DNA from: an uncultured Candidatus Saccharibacteria bacterium
GTDB lineage: Bacteria; Patescibacteriota; Minisyncoccia; Phycocordibacterales; DATDWN01
Reading direction: 5' to 3'
Length of the DNA: 48,083 nucleotides
Assembly: GCA_964576615.1 (NCBI GenBank)
Contig: CAZNUU010000006.1
Span: 1 to 48,083 of the forward strand
The notes below the pieces were generated by a model that was not told where the DNA came from, made no database searches, and was given only the letters and a program-made list of their open reading frames with translations. The position numbers and the translations under genes are program-made. How positions within the stretch are numbered: position 1 is the stretch's first letter; each line of letters begins with the position of its first letter. Positions 10,257-19,496 of this stretch are shown here, piece by piece.

Positions 10257-10265
10257 TTATCCACA
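10257..10265 (+). promoter_or_regulatory. Perfect DnaA box in the divergent intergenic region upstream of obg
   Basis: TTATCCACA. Confidence 0.5.
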
Positions 10266-10387
10266 TTAACGGCTCCTGATTCTATTTGCAAAAAATAAAC
10301 AATTTGATACAAATATTGAAATCGACCATGAGAGTCTGGAACATCTAAGCTCAAGTGGTAAACATTAGCAGGTATTAAAACAAAAAT

Positions 10388-10588
10388 ATGGATGATGATG
10401 GCCTAGATCCAAAAGATATCGAAGATGAGGAGGAGGACGGGGATGGTGGAGAAGAACTCGACGATCTTAGTGGAAAGAAGAAATCAAAAAAACAAGACGA
10501 TGACTCATTGGAAGCTTTAGCCGACGAAGAAGACGAAAGCACCCCAGAGGATTCATTCGATGATACTGAACCAGAAGATATGTGGTAA
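10388..10588 (+). CDS. Small highly acidic low-complexity protein
   Basis: 66 aa, about half Asp/Glu with a central KKKSKK tract; directly followed by a terminator hairpin. Confidence 0.8.
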   Translation: MDDDGLDPKDIEDEEEDGDGGEELDDLSGKKKSKKQDDDSLEALADEEDESTPEDSFDDTEPEDMW

Positions 10589-10591
10589 ATC

Positions 10592-10615
10592 TAAAAACCC
10601 CGTTAGGGGTTTTTA
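10592..10615. terminator. Bidirectional intrinsic terminator
   Basis: TAAAAACCCC-GTTA-GGGGTTTTTA between convergent genes. Confidence 0.8.
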
Positions 10616-11803
10616 GATAATTTTTAGAAATCTTTTTTTCCCAACCCGATAGGCGGCAGATTCAGGCATAATATCTTCTGAAATTTTCTGCCCTGTTTCC
10701 ATATTTGTTATTGCACCTTCTTTCAAAAGTCTCCGAAACTCTGATTTAGATGCAATTATTTTCTCCCTTAAAAGAATTTCAGAAAATGAACTTCCTCCCT
10801 TAACTTCCGAAATATCCTTTGGTATCTCGCCTTTCCCAAAAGTTTTTTCAAAATTTAACTCAGCCTCCTGCGCCTCTTTATCTGTATTAAGAGAAGCAAC
10901 AATTATTTTGGCTACTTTCTTTTTAAGTTCAAAAGCATTTTTTTTCACATCAAACGACTTTACTTCATCTAGAGGAAAATCAGTAAGCAATGTAAACATT
11001 GGAATGATCGATTCATCCCCCAAAGACATTATCTTGCCATATAAGTCACTAGGTGAATCGGTAAGACCAATAACATTGCCCTCTGATTTACCGATCTTTA
11101 CACCTTTGGAGTCCGTAAGAAGTGGCACAGTCATCACAAATTTTTCCTTGCCTTTCATAGCCTGCATCAAAGTTCTGCCAGCTAGCATATTAAATGTCTG
11201 GTCAGTTGCCCCAAGCTCAAGATCTACATCCATTGCCACAGAGTCATATGCTTGAAGGATGGGATATAAGAATTCACGTAGATTTATTGACTCCCCCATT
11301 TTTATTCTTTCTTGAAACATATCCCTCTCGATTAGCTGTTGAACTGAAAAGTACTGGGTAATATCTAGTATTTCGGGGAGTGCTAGTTTATTTAGCCAAT
11401 CCCCATTATATAAAATCTTGATTGGATTGGGACCATCAAATCTTACGATTTTTGAAGCTTGTTTGATATAACCCTTGGCATTCTCACGTAATTCTTCTGT
11501 AGTAAAGAATTTTTCTCTAGTTTTTTTCTTACCGGTAGGGTCTCCAGCCTGACCAGTGCCATCCCCAATGAGAAATATTACTTCATGACCCAAGTCCTGC
11601 CACTGCCTGTGTTTTCTAATTCCAACCATGTGACCTATATGGAGCTTGTCACCGGTGGGATCGAAACCTTGATAAATCCTTAACTTTTTCCCAGAAAGTA
11701 GGACATCTTTTAACTTTTCTTTGGAAGGGTAAATCCGGTCTACGCCACGAGAAAGGAGTCTTTCTACCATCTCTTCTTCGGAATTTCCTTTAGTTTTAGC
11801 CAT
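10613..11803 (-). CDS. tyrS: Tyrosine--tRNA ligase
   Basis: GFDPT..LHIGH, YPILQAYD, G.TDQ.FN, KIGKS motifs and C-terminal S4-like region. Confidence 0.98.
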   Translation of the reverse strand: MAKTKGNSEEEMVERLLSRGVDRIYPSKEKLKDVLLSGKKLRIYQGFDPTGDKLHIGHMVGIRKHRQWQDLGHEVIFLIGDGTGQAGDPTGKKKTREKFFTTEELRENAKGYIKQASKIVRFDGPNPIKILYNGDWLNKLALPEILDITQYFSVQQLIERDMFQERIKMGESINLREFLYPILQAYDSVAMDVDLELGATDQTFNMLAGRTLMQAMKGKEKFVMTVPLLTDSKGVKIGKSEGNVIGLTDSPSDLYGKIMSLGDESIIPMFTLLTDFPLDEVKSFDVKKNAFELKKKVAKIIVASLNTDKEAQEAELNFEKTFGKGEIPKDISEVKGGSSFSEILLREKIIASKSEFRRLLKEGAITNMETGQKISEDIMPESAAYRVGKKRFLKII

Positions 11804-11842
11804 ATTATTACTTTAACACAAATATGATAAAATACGAATCTG

Positions 11843-14017
11843 ATGGATCAATTGAAATATTATTACGATTCCTTGAAGAAAGTAGTTGGTCGTCACGGTA
11901 TGCGTAATATTCTTGTCTTTGTTTTCTCCTGCCTTATTTTAATTGCCGGACTCCTCCTCATCTGGGTTTCAACCTTCAAAGTTCCATCCCTCGACACAAT
12001 TGAAGAGAGGAAGGTCAGCCAGTCAACAAAAATATACGATAATACTGGCAAAATACTCCTATACGACGTGTATAACAAAGCCAAAAGAACAGTCGTCCCG
12101 ATCGAAGATATTTCGCCCCTCATAAAAGAAGCCACAGTTTCAATCGAAGATAAGACATTTTATACCCATCATGGCGTAAGACCCTTGGCCATCCTGCGAG
12201 CAGTAATAATCGATCTTCTGACCCTAAATTTTACCCAGGGTGGATCGACCATAACACAGCAAGTGGTTAAAAAATCTATTTTAATCGATGATAAAACACC
12301 TGCCAGAAAACTAAAAGAGTTGGTCCTAGCTTTAAAATTAGAGAAGGTTTTAACTAAAGATCAGATACTTAGTATTTATTTAAATGAGAACCCTTATGGG
12401 GGTAGTGTGTACGGGGTAGAAGAAGCTAGTCAGAATTTTTTTGGCACAACTTCGGCTGCTGTAACCCTAGCTCAGGCCGCATACCTTGCCGCAATGCCTC
12501 AAGCTCCCACATTCTACTCCCCATATGGGCAACACAAGGACAAATTGGATGAGAGAAAAAACTTAGTTCTCAAGGAGTTGTTAAACGATGGCAAAATATC
12601 GAACGAAGATTACAACAAGGCAATAAACGAAAAAGTAGAATTTTTACCCAAAGCTTCTGGAGGAATCAGGGCACCTCATTTTGTTATGTTTGTTAAAGAT
12701 TATCTGGAGAAAAAATACGGTGCTGATGTTTTGGAGCAAGGGGGCTTGCGGGTCACCACAACTCTAAATTATGATCTGGAAGCCAAAGCAGAAGCAATTG
12801 CTAAACAATATGCCCTATCTAATGAGAAAAACTTCAATGGCTCGAATGATGCTTTTGTGGCAATAGATCCAAACACCGGAGGAATTTTGACCATGGTTGG
12901 ATCCAGAGATTATTTTGATACTGGAATTGATGGCAACTTCAATGTCACCACAGCACACAGGCAACCTGGCTCGACATTTAAACCATTTGTTTATGCAGAG
13001 GCATTTATAAAAGGCTATACCCCAGACACAGTTTTATTTGACCTGCCCACCCAATTCTCCACAAAATGTCCCAAGGAAGACATGACCAATGAAAAGGACT
13101 GCTATGCACCCCAAAACTACGACGACAAATTCCGGGGTCCTATGACAATGCGAGATGCTCTTGCTCAGTCAATCAACGTGCCATCTGTTAAAGTTCTTTA
13201 TCTAGCGGGAATTAAAGACTCAGTTGATTTGGCGGAAAGTATGGGTGTCCAATCCTTGGGAGATCCCAATACTTATGGCTTAACTTTAGTTTTGGGAGGT
13301 GGTGAAGTCTCACTTCTGGATATGACATCGGCCTATGGTGTATTTGCCACAGAAGGCATCCGCAACCCTTACACCCCTATTTTGAAAGTTGAAGATAAAA
13401 ACGGAAAAGTGCTGGAACAAATAAAAAGTAACCCGATTCAGGTTCTAGATCCCGAGATAACCAGAAAAATATCCGACATCCTATCTGACAATGTAGCTAG
13501 AACACCGCTTTATGGACCAAATTCAGTAATTTATTTTTCAGGACGTGACGTGGCGGTAAAAACAGGTACAACTAACGATTATCGCGATGCCTGGACCATA
13601 GGTTATACCCCAAATGTTGTGGTGGGTACTTGGGCAGGAAACAATGACAACAGTCCGATGGCTAAAAAAGTTTCTGGGCTTATAGTTGCTCCTATGTGGA
13701 GAGCTTTCATGGATGAAGTTCTAAAAACAGTACCAGGAGAGGGCTTCATTAAACCAGAAAAAGAGGATTCTTATGATCTGAAACCTGCTCTTAGGGGTAA
13801 GTGGCAGGGTGGTATTTCAAGTATCCCATCCGGAACTGTAGTCGACCCAAATAGTCCTCTGGTTGAAACACTCTCAGGAGGAGTTCACTCTATATTATTT
13901 TGGCTAGACAAAGATAACCCTCGTGGACCAGCCCCAAATAATCCAGCTGATGATCCTCAATTCGAAAGATGGGAGTACGGGGTAAGGCTATGGGCCCAAG
14001 GCCTTGGCCTGCCTTAA
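11843..14017 (+). CDS. Class A penicillin-binding protein (transglycosylase/transpeptidase, PBP1A family)
   Basis: N-terminal TM, EDKTFYTHHG, GGSTITQQ, RKLKE, STFK, SIN and KTG motifs. Confidence 0.96.
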   Translation: MDQLKYYYDSLKKVVGRHGMRNILVFVFSCLILIAGLLLIWVSTFKVPSLDTIEERKVSQSTKIYDNTGKILLYDVYNKAKRTVVPIEDISPLIKEATVSIEDKTFYTHHGVRPLAILRAVIIDLLTLNFTQGGSTITQQVVKKSILIDDKTPARKLKELVLALKLEKVLTKDQILSIYLNENPYGGSVYGVEEASQNFFGTTSAAVTLAQAAYLAAMPQAPTFYSPYGQHKDKLDERKNLVLKELLNDGKISNEDYNKAINEKVEFLPKASGGIRAPHFVMFVKDYLEKKYGADVLEQGGLRVTTTLNYDLEAKAEAIAKQYALSNEKNFNGSNDAFVAIDPNTGGILTMVGSRDYFDTGIDGNFNVTTAHRQPGSTFKPFVYAEAFIKGYTPDTVLFDLPTQFSTKCPKEDMTNEKDCYAPQNYDDKFRGPMTMRDALAQSINVPSVKVLYLAGIKDSVDLAESMGVQSLGDPNTYGLTLVLGGGEVSLLDMTSAYGVFATEGIRNPYTPILKVEDKNGKVLEQIKSNPIQVLDPEITRKISDILSDNVARTPLYGPNSVIYFSGRDVAVKTGTTNDYRDAWTIGYTPNVVVGTWAGNNDNSPMAKKVSGLIVAPMWRAFMDEVLKTVPGEGFIKPEKEDSYDLKPALRGKWQGGISSIPSGTVVDPNSPLVETLSGGVHSILFWLDKDNPRGPAPNNPADDPQFERWEYGVRLWAQGLGLP

Positions 14018-14274
14018 AATCTTATCTCGACAATAGGTAGTGTAGTTTCTTTGGCAATCTCTTCTATTATTTTTGATTTATTAATAAAAATTTGATTTCT
14101 TAATCCTGGGGAAACCCTTAAATAAATTGCTGAGTCTTTAATTTCAATGTTTTCTTTTGTCACCTCAAAGTTAACCTCTTTTTTTATTATCTCGATTATC
14201 TTGTCCTTATTCGAATCACTTAAATCTACTTTTTTTGAAAATTTCTCTAGGAATTTGGAAATATCGCTGAACAT
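14014..14274 (-). CDS. Small protein downstream of dnaN, probably DciA (DUF721)-like
   Basis: IYLRVSPGLRNQIFINKSKIIEEI...IVEIRF resembles the DciA core; starts 1 nt after the dnaN stop. Confidence 0.6.
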   Translation of the reverse strand: MFSDISKFLEKFSKKVDLSDSNKDKIIEIIKKEVNFEVTKENIEIKDSAIYLRVSPGLRNQIFINKSKIIEEIAKETTLPIVEIRF

Positions 14275-14275
14275 C

Positions 14276-15373
14276 TTACTTATTCATTGGCATCACCAAA
14301 TACAAGAAGGACTTATCTGAAACTCCCCTTATAAGCATTGGTTTGTTTTGATCCGAGAAAGAAAGTGAGACACTGTCTGAATCAATTGAGTTAAAACAAT
14401 CAATTATATATTTATAATTAAAGCTAATATTTAACTCTTCGCCTTTTATTACTGCATCCAGAGTATTGGTGTTTTCACCCACTTCCATATTTTTAGTGGT
14501 GATTTTGAATGTTTTTGACTTGGGGGAAACAGAAAAAACAACTTGGCTGAACTTGTCTGAGAAGATATTCGATATTCTTAAACTACTAACAAAATCTTGC
14601 TTTAACAGGACAATCTCTGTTTTGGTCTCTTTTGGAATAATTTGCTTGTAATCCGGAAAAACCCCATCAATCACTCGCGAGGTTAAATAAATATCTCCGA
14701 ATTTAAAAGAGATTTGATTATCACTCAAACTAACTTCAATTTCATCTTTAATATCTTCGAGTGTCCTTATAATTTCGTTGATATTTTTAAATGGAATGAG
14801 AATTTGGCTAAATTCCTTGTGTTTTTTAACTGGAATTCTCTTCTCAGCAAGTCTAAATGAGTCAGTCGCTACAAAAGTAACACTGTCATCTTCTGAAGAG
14901 ACCAGAATACTGGATAAAACTGGCCTTATAGTTGAGGTAGAAGAGCTATACATCACAGATTTTAAGCCTCTTAATAGAGCTGGAGTATTTAGGGTAAATG
15001 GTGTACCTGAGATCTTAGGGATATTCGGGAAATCATCGATTGGGAAGGTTTTTATGAGCGATTTTGAGTGTTTAGTTTCAACCTTTAGATTGTTGTCCAC
15101 AACCTCAAGAGTGATGTTTTTATCGTTGGTAATATTGGAGATAAAGTTATATAGAACTGAACCTGGTACTGCCACTTTCCCTGGTTTATTGACCTTAACC
15201 GGTAGACTAATCTCTACCCCAAGGTCTAGATTTGTTGCTTTAATAGTAAGGGTTGAGTTACTCGCTTCTAAAAGAAGACAGTTTAAAATTGGTAAGGTAA
15301 TGTTTTTACCTGTAATTTTTTCAGCTTTACTTATTGCGTAAACTAATTTTTCTTTGATGCATTCTATATTCAT
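14276..15373 (-). CDS. dnaN: DNA polymerase III beta clamp
   Basis: TLPIL, ATNLD, VATDSFRL, GVFPDY..IIP, YLVMPM motifs; downstream of dnaA. Confidence 0.98.
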   Translation of the reverse strand: MNIECIKEKLVYAISKAEKITGKNITLPILNCLLLEASNSTLTIKATNLDLGVEISLPVKVNKPGKVAVPGSVLYNFISNITNDKNITLEVVDNNLKVETKHSKSLIKTFPIDDFPNIPKISGTPFTLNTPALLRGLKSVMYSSSTSTIRPVLSSILVSSEDDSVTFVATDSFRLAEKRIPVKKHKEFSQILIPFKNINEIIRTLEDIKDEIEVSLSDNQISFKFGDIYLTSRVIDGVFPDYKQIIPKETKTEIVLLKQDFVSSLRISNIFSDKFSQVVFSVSPKSKTFKITTKNMEVGENTNTLDAVIKGEELNISFNYKYIIDCFNSIDSDSVSLSFSDQNKPMLIRGVSDKSFLYLVMPMNK

Positions 15374-15597
15374 AGTATTTATTTTTTATTTAAATACCTA
15401 ACTCTTATTAGGGGTGTGGATATGGGGATAAGTGTCCTTGTCTCTATATTTTTATTCATTTTTTGGATTAATGTTGTCATTTTTGGTGTTTATAACTTCA
15501 TAGTATCTTCACAATCTTTTTTTCTTATCCCCACCTTTATTTTTTTATCCCGTTTTTTTCCATACTAATTCACAAATAATTCACAGTCTTTTACACA
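15374..15597. other. Probable oriC (DnaA-box cluster plus AT-rich tract between dnaA and dnaN)
   Basis: One-mismatch boxes at 15415 (TGTGGATAT), 15423 (TGGGGATAA), 15487 (TGTTTATAA), 15525 (TTATCCCCA), 15566 and 15577 (TAATTCACA), 15589 (TTTTACACA); AT-rich 15374-15410. Confidence 0.75.
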
Positions 15598-16931
15598 AAA
15601 ACAGAACGCAACTGATTTATCTCCTGGATAAGAGATTCATCGGCTTTCATATCATTTTTTATTTTTTCACAAGAATGCATAACAGTCGTGTGGTCTCGAC
15701 CACCCAACTTTTCCCCAATCGCAGGATAGGAAATGTTAAAGTCTTCCCGCAAAATAAACATTATTATCTGTCTTGGTTTAATTATTTCCTTCTTGCGGGT
15801 TTTGTCGTATATAAGCTGCTCTTCTATATTATAAAAGTCAGCTACTGTTTTAACGACTTCTTTGGGCGAGACAAGTTTTTTAGGTCTAGCATTGTTTTTG
15901 ACATAGTTTTTTACTTCGGAGACCCCCACATCTCTATTTTTCAGCTGAGCTTGGGCGGTTATAAAGTTTATTATTCCTTCTAGCTCACGAATATTACCAA
16001 CGACTGAATAGGCCAGGTAATCAACCACCTCCTTGGAAAGTTGAAATGGAGAGTTTGCTGATTTGGCCTTAATTATAGCCGCCCTAGACTCATTATCGGG
16101 TGCGGGTATGTCTATTACCATGCCTGCACTAAATCTAGATTTCAGCCTTTCTTCTAGGTCCTGGATCAAACCAGGGTGTTTATCTGAAGAGAAGATGATT
16201 TGTTTGTTGTTGTCGTAGAGGTGATTAAAGAGATGAAAGAGTTCTTCTTGGATCTTAGCTTTGCCGGAGAAAAATTGGATATCGTCCATGATCAGGACAT
16301 CGTATTTTCGATATTTTTCTTTAAAAAGGTTAGGTTTGTTTATTTGGATTGCGTTAACTAACTCTTGGGCAAATTTTTCTGACGTAGTGTAGAAAACCTT
16401 TCGACCACTAGAGTTCTTAAGAAAATTTCCGACCGCTTGAATTAGGTGTGTTTTGCCATGTCCGGTACCACCATAAATAAAAAGTGGGTTGTAGACTATA
16501 CCAGGTTTGTTGATAACTGCCTGGCTTGCTGCGTAAGCGAATTCGTTAAAGGGTCCGACCACAAAGGATTCAAATGTATATCTTGGGTTTAGACCATCTT
16601 CTTTGTTTATGTAGGTATCTGCGATGGGCAGTTCCTTGGTAATTGGCAAAATTTTCACAATTTCGTGTTTCTCATCCCCATCTTCCCTGTGGATCACATA
16701 TTGTAGAGACTGGACGTTACCCGAGAGAGACCTAAGTGTTTTTAAAATTGAGTTATGGAATTTACTGGATAACCAATCCTGGACAAAAGTGTTTGGTACT
16801 CCCAAATAAACCGTAGTGCCGTCCAGTCTTACTATTGAGGTGTCCTTAAACCAAGTATTGAAGTTCGGCTTTGATAGAGAGAGTTCCATTTCGACCAGAA
16901 CGCTATCCCAGAGTTTTTTGTTATCCATCAT
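15591..16931 (-). CDS. dnaA: Chromosomal replication initiator DnaA
   Basis: LNPRYTFESFVVG..N, YNPLFIYGGTGHGKTHL, DDIQF, RLKSRF, GGRDHTTVMH; start probably ATG 16931 or 16928. Confidence 0.98.
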   Translation of the reverse strand: MMDNKKLWDSVLVEMELSLSKPNFNTWFKDTSIVRLDGTTVYLGVPNTFVQDWLSSKFHNSILKTLRSLSGNVQSLQYVIHREDGDEKHEIVKILPITKELPIADTYINKEDGLNPRYTFESFVVGPFNEFAYAASQAVINKPGIVYNPLFIYGGTGHGKTHLIQAVGNFLKNSSGRKVFYTTSEKFAQELVNAIQINKPNLFKEKYRKYDVLIMDDIQFFSGKAKIQEELFHLFNHLYDNNKQIIFSSDKHPGLIQDLEERLKSRFSAGMVIDIPAPDNESRAAIIKAKSANSPFQLSKEVVDYLAYSVVGNIRELEGIINFITAQAQLKNRDVGVSEVKNYVKNNARPKKLVSPKEVVKTVADFYNIEEQLIYDKTRKKEIIKPRQIIMFILREDFNISYPAIGEKLGGRDHTTVMHSCEKIKNDMKADESLIQEINQLRSVFV

Positions 16932-16999
16932 TTTTTTCAATTATATATATAATAAGGAAAGTTGGTACTTGCCGGGAAGCTTCGGCTGTGTTAATAATA

Positions 17000-17008
17000 T
17001 GTGTATAA
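17000..17008 (-). promoter_or_regulatory. DnaA box in the dnaA/rpmH promoter region
   Basis: TGTGTATAA is the reverse complement of TTATACACA. Confidence 0.6.
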
Positions 17009-17045
17009 ATTGTTTATAGTCGAAATTAGATAAATTTTTTAAAAT

Positions 17046-17189
17046 ATGTCAAAAACTTATAATCCTAAAAAAAGAAAGAGGGCAAGGACACACGGTTTTC
17101 TTAAGAGAAGTAGGTCAAAATACGGCCAAAACACTATTTTAAGGAGAAGGAGAAAGGGAAGAAAAAAGATTACGGTTCGAGCAAAGTAA
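17046..17189 (+). CDS. rpmH: 50S ribosomal protein L34 (below ORF-track cutoff)
   Basis: [47 protein letters not shown], 47 aa, divergent from dnaA and upstream of rnpA. Confidence 0.97.
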   Translation: MSKTYNPKKRKRARTHGFLKRSRSKYGQNTILRRRRKGRKKITVRAK

Positions 17190-17200
17190 GGAATTAAAAC

Positions 17201-17551
17201 ATGCTTTCTAGAAAAAGAAAGATACCAAGGAAAACCTTTCCATATATTCTTTCCCACAATAAAAAATACAACTCAAAACACTTTTTGCTGTATTTGTCAG
17301 TTAAACCCGTAGAAGATAAAACAAGCTTAAGTCAATTCTCCTTTTCTGTCTCAAAAAAAGTTGCAAGTTTGTCAACGGAAAGAAATAGAATAAGAAGATG
17401 GGGGTATGAAGCGTTAAACAGTGAAATAAAAAAAATAAAACCAGGATATTTTCTTTTTTTTCTGTTTAAAAAAAATAAGGAGCCTCTTTCCTTTAATGTA
17501 ATTCTAAGAGAAATAAGAGGATTACTTTCGGACTCTGGTGTGATAATATAA
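17201..17551 (+). CDS. rnpA: Ribonuclease P protein component
   Basis: FSVSKKV...ERNRIRR motif; rpmH-rnpA-yidC synteny. Confidence 0.93.
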   Translation: MLSRKRKIPRKTFPYILSHNKKYNSKHFLLYLSVKPVEDKTSLSQFSFSVSKKVASLSTERNRIRRWGYEALNSEIKKIKPGYFLFFLFKKNKEPLSFNVILREIRGLLSDSGVII

Positions 17552-17555
17552 GCCA

Positions 17556-18272
17556 ATGTCCGCAGTTTTCACTTTTTTAATTTCTAAGCCGCTTTACAAC
17601 GGTTTCATTTTACTCATGAATGTTCTACCCTTCTTTGATGCAGGAGTAATCATTATAATTTTTACAATTGTTATTAAAGTTTTTCTTCTCCCCCTTTCTA
17701 TCAAGGCATCCAAGACTCAACTGGAGATGAAGACTACTGAAAAAGACTTAGCAAAGATAAAAGAGAAATATAAAGACAAAGAAGAGCAGGCTAGAAAAAC
17801 AATGGAATATTATAAAGAGAGGGGTATAAACCCTTTCGCGGGGTTTTTAATTCTTCTTATTCAACTTCCGATTCTCATAGGTTTGTATAGAGTTTTTATT
17901 AGATCGGGGTTACCCCAAATAAATTATAGTTTGTTATATGGTTTCGTTTCTCCTCCGGCTGCTATTAATATGGTATTTCTAAATCTAATAAATATCTCTC
18001 AAAAAAGTATTGTGTTAGCTCTTTTAGCCGCACTATCTACTTATATACAGATAAGTCTCGCTAGCGCATCCCAAAGTAATGAAGGAAGTCAGACTGATTT
18101 CGCTCGGGCCATGGCCTTGCAGACCAAATATTTCTTCCCAGTACTAATGGGTTTTATCGCTTATACCATTTCCTCAGCAGTCGCACTTTATCTAATAACT
18201 AGCAATGTTTTTGCTATTGGTCAGGAGTACTATATTAAAAGAAAATATCACAAATCAGTATTAGTTGAGTAG
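17556..18272 (+). CDS. yidC: Membrane protein insertase YidC/Oxa1 (short form)
   Basis: IIIFTIVIK..LLPL, GINPFAG.L.LLIQLPIL.GLY, ALYLITSN motifs. Confidence 0.95.
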   Translation: MSAVFTFLISKPLYNGFILLMNVLPFFDAGVIIIIFTIVIKVFLLPLSIKASKTQLEMKTTEKDLAKIKEKYKDKEEQARKTMEYYKERGINPFAGFLILLIQLPILIGLYRVFIRSGLPQINYSLLYGFVSPPAAINMVFLNLINISQKSIVLALLAALSTYIQISLASASQSNEGSQTDFARAMALQTKYFFPVLMGFIAYTISSAVALYLITSNVFAIGQEYYIKRKYHKSVLVE

Positions 18273-19496
18273 TTACTTTGTGAGATCCAAGCTCCAAAGA
18301 CTATTGTCAACTTTATTCATAAATATAAGGTATTGTTCATTCTCCGATAGAATTGGCTTTATAACGTCGATACTTTCTCCAGCATCGCTTGCCAGGTTTT
18401 CAATGATACTTGAAGTGTTGTCCTTCAAGTTGTATTTCCAGATATCATCGTCTTCTAATTCAAGTCCTTGATACCATCTTGTTTGGCTATCACTGCCAAT
18501 GTAATTTTTAGGTACTGCACAGTATACAGTGGAAGAATCTTTGCTACTCCAGACACATTTTTCTGGAAAGGTTGCTGGCGTAGCTTCTATACTAGTTTTA
18601 GCCTTACTGTTCCAAAGAATGAATCTTACGGTTTCACTTTGTGATAAATAAATTACCTGCGAACCGTCAGGGCTAACCAAAGATGATAAGCCTGGGATAT
18701 CTCCCAATATTCTTCTGGTATTACCTGTTGTTGTATCAACCAAATAAAGATAGCCTGAAATATCTGGGTAAGGTTTTGTATTTAAAGCCACTGTCTTTGT
18801 GTTAACAAATTGAGAATTTAGCTCGCGCAAGGGTGAGCTCCAGATTTGTTTTTTCTTTGTGCCATCGAAATTTGAAACAAAACCTGATGATGAATCGTCA
18901 GATAAAACCAAGTAAAAAACATTTGTCCCAAAAACCGAGACATCACCTATTCTCTGGGGAAATGCAACTCCCAATACCGATTGTTCTGTAGATGTGCCGG
19001 TTCCTTTAACTGTTATTCCGTATGTGTCCACAGTCTGGTTATCATCATCTAAGTATCTGGCGACCAAAGAGTTATTTTTATTTCCCCAGAGTGCATCATA
19101 CACAAGGGGGATTGTAGTGTTTGAAATTCTGTTTTTGTTTGGTGAAAAAAGCTCCACTTCAAATACGTGACCGGTTGCTTTTTCAATATACCTAACGACT
19201 GTTCCTGCTTTTAAGTCCAGGGTTCCAGCCCCCGAGACGGGTTCTGATGATAGTTCACGCAACTTTACTGTAAAGTTCTCTGATGGTTTGTTTTGCTGAG
19301 GCTCGTTTCTGGTTGTCGTAGCCGGAGCATTTTCGACGTTGTCGTTTCCACCAAAAGGAAAGAAGTTTTTAAAAACACTACCACTGGTACTTGTGTCTCC
19401 AGTATTATTTTGAATAATGAAATAGTATCCAATAAGGCTTAGTAGAAAAATAATCAATATAACAGATATTGTAATTATTATGGTTTTACGTGACAT
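18273..19496 (-). CDS. Membrane-anchored extracytoplasmic protein, probable beta-propeller
   Basis: N-terminal TM, SPDGSQVIY and CVWS TolB-like blades, 407 aa. Confidence 0.8.
   Translation of the reverse strand: MSRKTIIITISVILIIFLLSLIGYYFIIQNNTGDTSTSGSVFKNFFPFGGNDNVENAPATTTRNEPQQNKPSENFTVKLRELSSEPVSGAGTLDLKAGTVVRYIEKATGHVFEVELFSPNKNRISNTTIPLVYDALWGNKNNSLVARYLDDDNQTVDTYGITVKGTGTSTEQSVLGVAFPQRIGDVSVFGTNVFYLVLSDDSSSGFVSNFDGTKKKQIWSSPLRELNSQFVNTKTVALNTKPYPDISGYLYLVDTTTGNTRRILGDIPGLSSLVSPDGSQVIYLSQSETVRFILWNSKAKTSIEATPATFPEKCVWSSKDSSTVYCAVPKNYIGSDSQTRWYQGLELEDDDIWKYNLKDNTSSIIENLASDAGESIDVIKPILSENEQYLIFMNKVDNSLWSLDLTK

Noticed and set aside
17057-17257. 66 aa minus-strand ORF
   Set aside because: Antisense to rpmH and rnpA.
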